64,000 nt of DNA from the human T2T-CHM13v2.0 reference genome, Homo sapiens, in assembly GCF_009914755.1 (NCBI RefSeq), contig NC_060926.1; one strand, written 5' to 3'. This document shows, one piece after another, positions 58,710 through 64,000 of this stretch; position 1 is the first letter of the stretch; every line of letters starts with the position of its first letter. The position numbers and the translations under genes are program-made. The notes under the pieces are model-generated. The model saw only the letters and a program-made list of their open reading frames with translations, was not told the DNA's origin and searched no databases.

Positions 58710-59670
58710 GCATTCACTCCCTCTTCAAGTATTTTGTTAATGCCTACTCTGCTGTATGATGTTCCAGGAACTGTTTAGAGTGATGGAAGACAGCCCCTGC
58801 CCTCACGGAGCATACAATCTAGTCAATCCTCTTCTTCCTAGCCTTTAGGACTCCAGATGTGATGCTAACCTGAGCAGTCTCCTTGGTTTCCCCACTAAAA
58901 ATTGGATAGTTAGGCCATCTTTTCCCAGGATCAGGCTCATAGGCTTCAAACTTTACTGTAGCCAGGCTCTGTGAGTTACAAACCTTGTTGCCCGCACAAA
59001 ATCTTCTGTCAACTTTAATGTGCCCAAGCTTGTCCTTGAGTCTCAAACATACTAAGCATTTCCCCCTCTGTTCTCACCCCCAGTAGCTCTTGACTCTTCT
59101 TTATCCCCTCTACCCATGTCTTCCCTCCCTGTCTCTCCCTGGTCCCTAACTGACCACCTTGCCTCTCCTAACACCCCTCACAGATCTGTCCTTACCCCTG
59201 CATTTCATCACTGCTAGGATTACCTTCCTAAATTATGGAACTGTTTATGCTGTGTCCTGCTGAAAATAGTCAGTGGTACCCTAATTTCCTGGCCTGGCTA
59301 AGGCAGCTTTCAAGAGCTGCCCCTGCCTGCCTGACCCATCTCATTTTCTGCCATTCTCTGTAAGACTGAAACTGTGGAGGACATTGTCTTTTCACGTGAA
59401 TCCCCTTTGCACCTTGTCTTTCATATGAACTCGTGTCTTCCCTAATGTCCTGGGCAGCTGGTCACTCCATCCTCCATCTTTCTCCATCCTCCATCTTTCT
59501 GTGTTACTGTGTATGTATATTGACATATCGTGATTATTTCTTTACATGTCTCTTTCCTCTGAAAGTGGGCTCCTTCAAAGATAGCAGTGTGATTTCTGTT
59601 TTATATGTCTATGGTACTGTCCCTGACATATCATAGGTCCACAAGGGCCTGTTGAATAAGTGAATGAGCT
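58710..59670. mobile_element. L2 fragments (antisense ~58710-58820, sense ~59000-59670)
   Basis: CCCTGCCCTCACGGAGCATACAATCTAG; TGTTGAATAAGTGAATG tail. Confidence 0.6.
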
Positions 59671-60114
59671 AAAATATACTGGTTTATCAACAGGGTTTTC
59701 AGACTGCTTCCATCCACTCAGCTTAATGAGCAAACATGGCATGCCATAATCTTGCAGTTTTCTGGGACATCTAGGTACTTTGAAATACCAGGTGTGTCTC
59801 AACAAAATTGAGATTGGGAGGGTCCTTTCTTATTGATAATCTCTCACCAACTGAATGCTGAAGTGTTCTACAACCTTAAAAAGTTAAAAGCTTATAGCAT
59901 TCACCTGTTGTGAAAAGCAACCCTTCTATATGGGCTATCTTTTTGTATTACTTGCTTATGAAGATTCCTGAAGATATATTTTCCAGCAAGCACTTTTCAG
60001 ATGTCCAACATGGATTTAAAGTACATATGTTGTTTTTGGAAGCCATATTATATTCACACAGGCATGTTTATGTTGGTTATAGGTATATAATGCTGATTAC
60101 ACAAAAGTCAAAAT

Positions 60115-60320
60115 TTGTATTCAGTGTTCGCTCTGTACCGGGCACTCTGCTAAGTACTCTAGATTGACTATATCATCTATTTTCTGTATTATCTGTATTT
60201 TTAGATGAGGAAACTGAGGCAAAAGATGAAGTAATTTGTCCAAAGAACCAGAGATACTAAGGGCAGCCAACATGCAAATCCAGTGTCTGATATCAGAACA
60301 TATACTCTCATTAACACCAT
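60115..60320 (-). mobile_element. MIR
   Basis: TTTTAGATGAGGAAACTGAGGC...GTAATTTGTCCAA. Confidence 0.8.
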
Positions 60321-61098
60321 GCCAAACACTGAAAAAAAAAAAAAGTCTACTTCCATTTACTGTGTTAAGCAGATACTGAAAATTGGAATGGGAAAATTTG
60401 TATTTGTTGATTGTATAAGCAGAAGTTTACACAATGAGCTAGTTTGCTATATAGGTAATGTGCTCTTGATTCCCAACGTCTGTTTTTTAGAAAGACACAA
60501 CGCCTATACACAATGAATTTAAAACATTAGGGTGATTTTTTTTTTAATCTAGGAAAAATACTTCTCAACGGCTACTGACTCCTTAAAATACCAGTTGGTA
60601 TTTGACGAAGTTTCATTTTTATCGAACTACAGAGAAAAATTGCTATACAAACCACAATTGTAATTTGTAGTTCTTTGGTGTCACAGTGATCTAGGTAAAA
60701 TGGAAACTTTAACTTAAAATTTGTAATCTATAGCAACAGACACAGAAACAGCACATGACTCTGGGACCCATTCATGCTTTGAAATCCTAATGAGGATAGT
60801 ATCTAGTGCTTCTGCAAGTATGTTTAATTCCAAGAAGAGAACCTTCCCCTAGTAACAACATTTAAAAAAAAATTAAAGTCAAAAGCTAACTTGAAAACAA
60901 GTAATATTTTGAATATCAATAATTAAATTTCACAACATAAAGCAATTATAAAACTATACAGACGATTTTAAATTGAATAATTACAATCACAACAGCACCT
61001 AATTTTCAAGGTAACCAATGGGTAAGACCAAATGAGATTGTCAGACTGTGCTAAGCCTCTCTGCTAAAGTGAACATTTCAATTAGTCAAATCAAGTAA

Positions 61099-64000
<2,902 letters not shown>

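Overview
Primate (most likely human) genomic DNA, not microbial. The window is almost entirely one very long intron of EML6 (echinoderm microtubule-associated protein-like 6), transcribed on the + strand. It holds a single 160-nt coding exon at 61239-61398 ([53 protein letters not shown], a WD40/TAPE-domain segment). The rest is typical intronic repeat landscape: about 23 Alus (J, S and Y, including a near-consensus AluYi6-like copy), ancient L1M/L2/MIR fragments, MaLR/ERVL solo LTRs, and DNA transposon fossils (MER3, MER94, MER107, Tigger1/2b, MER5A, MER58, MER63). There is also a 36-nt tailless U2 snRNA retrocopy with a target-site duplication. All other listed ORFs look spurious, mostly Alu or L1 read-throughs. 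I found no evidence of a new biological system. The most worthwhile observations are retrotransposition oddities (tailless U2, re-used Alu target site, left-left Alu dimer, possible L1 3' transduction), a young inverted AluY pair, a CpG-retaining LTR with promoter-like motifs, and a possible poison alternative acceptor upstream of the exon. Repeat subfamily names come from recalled consensus sequences, and boundaries of old elements are approximate.
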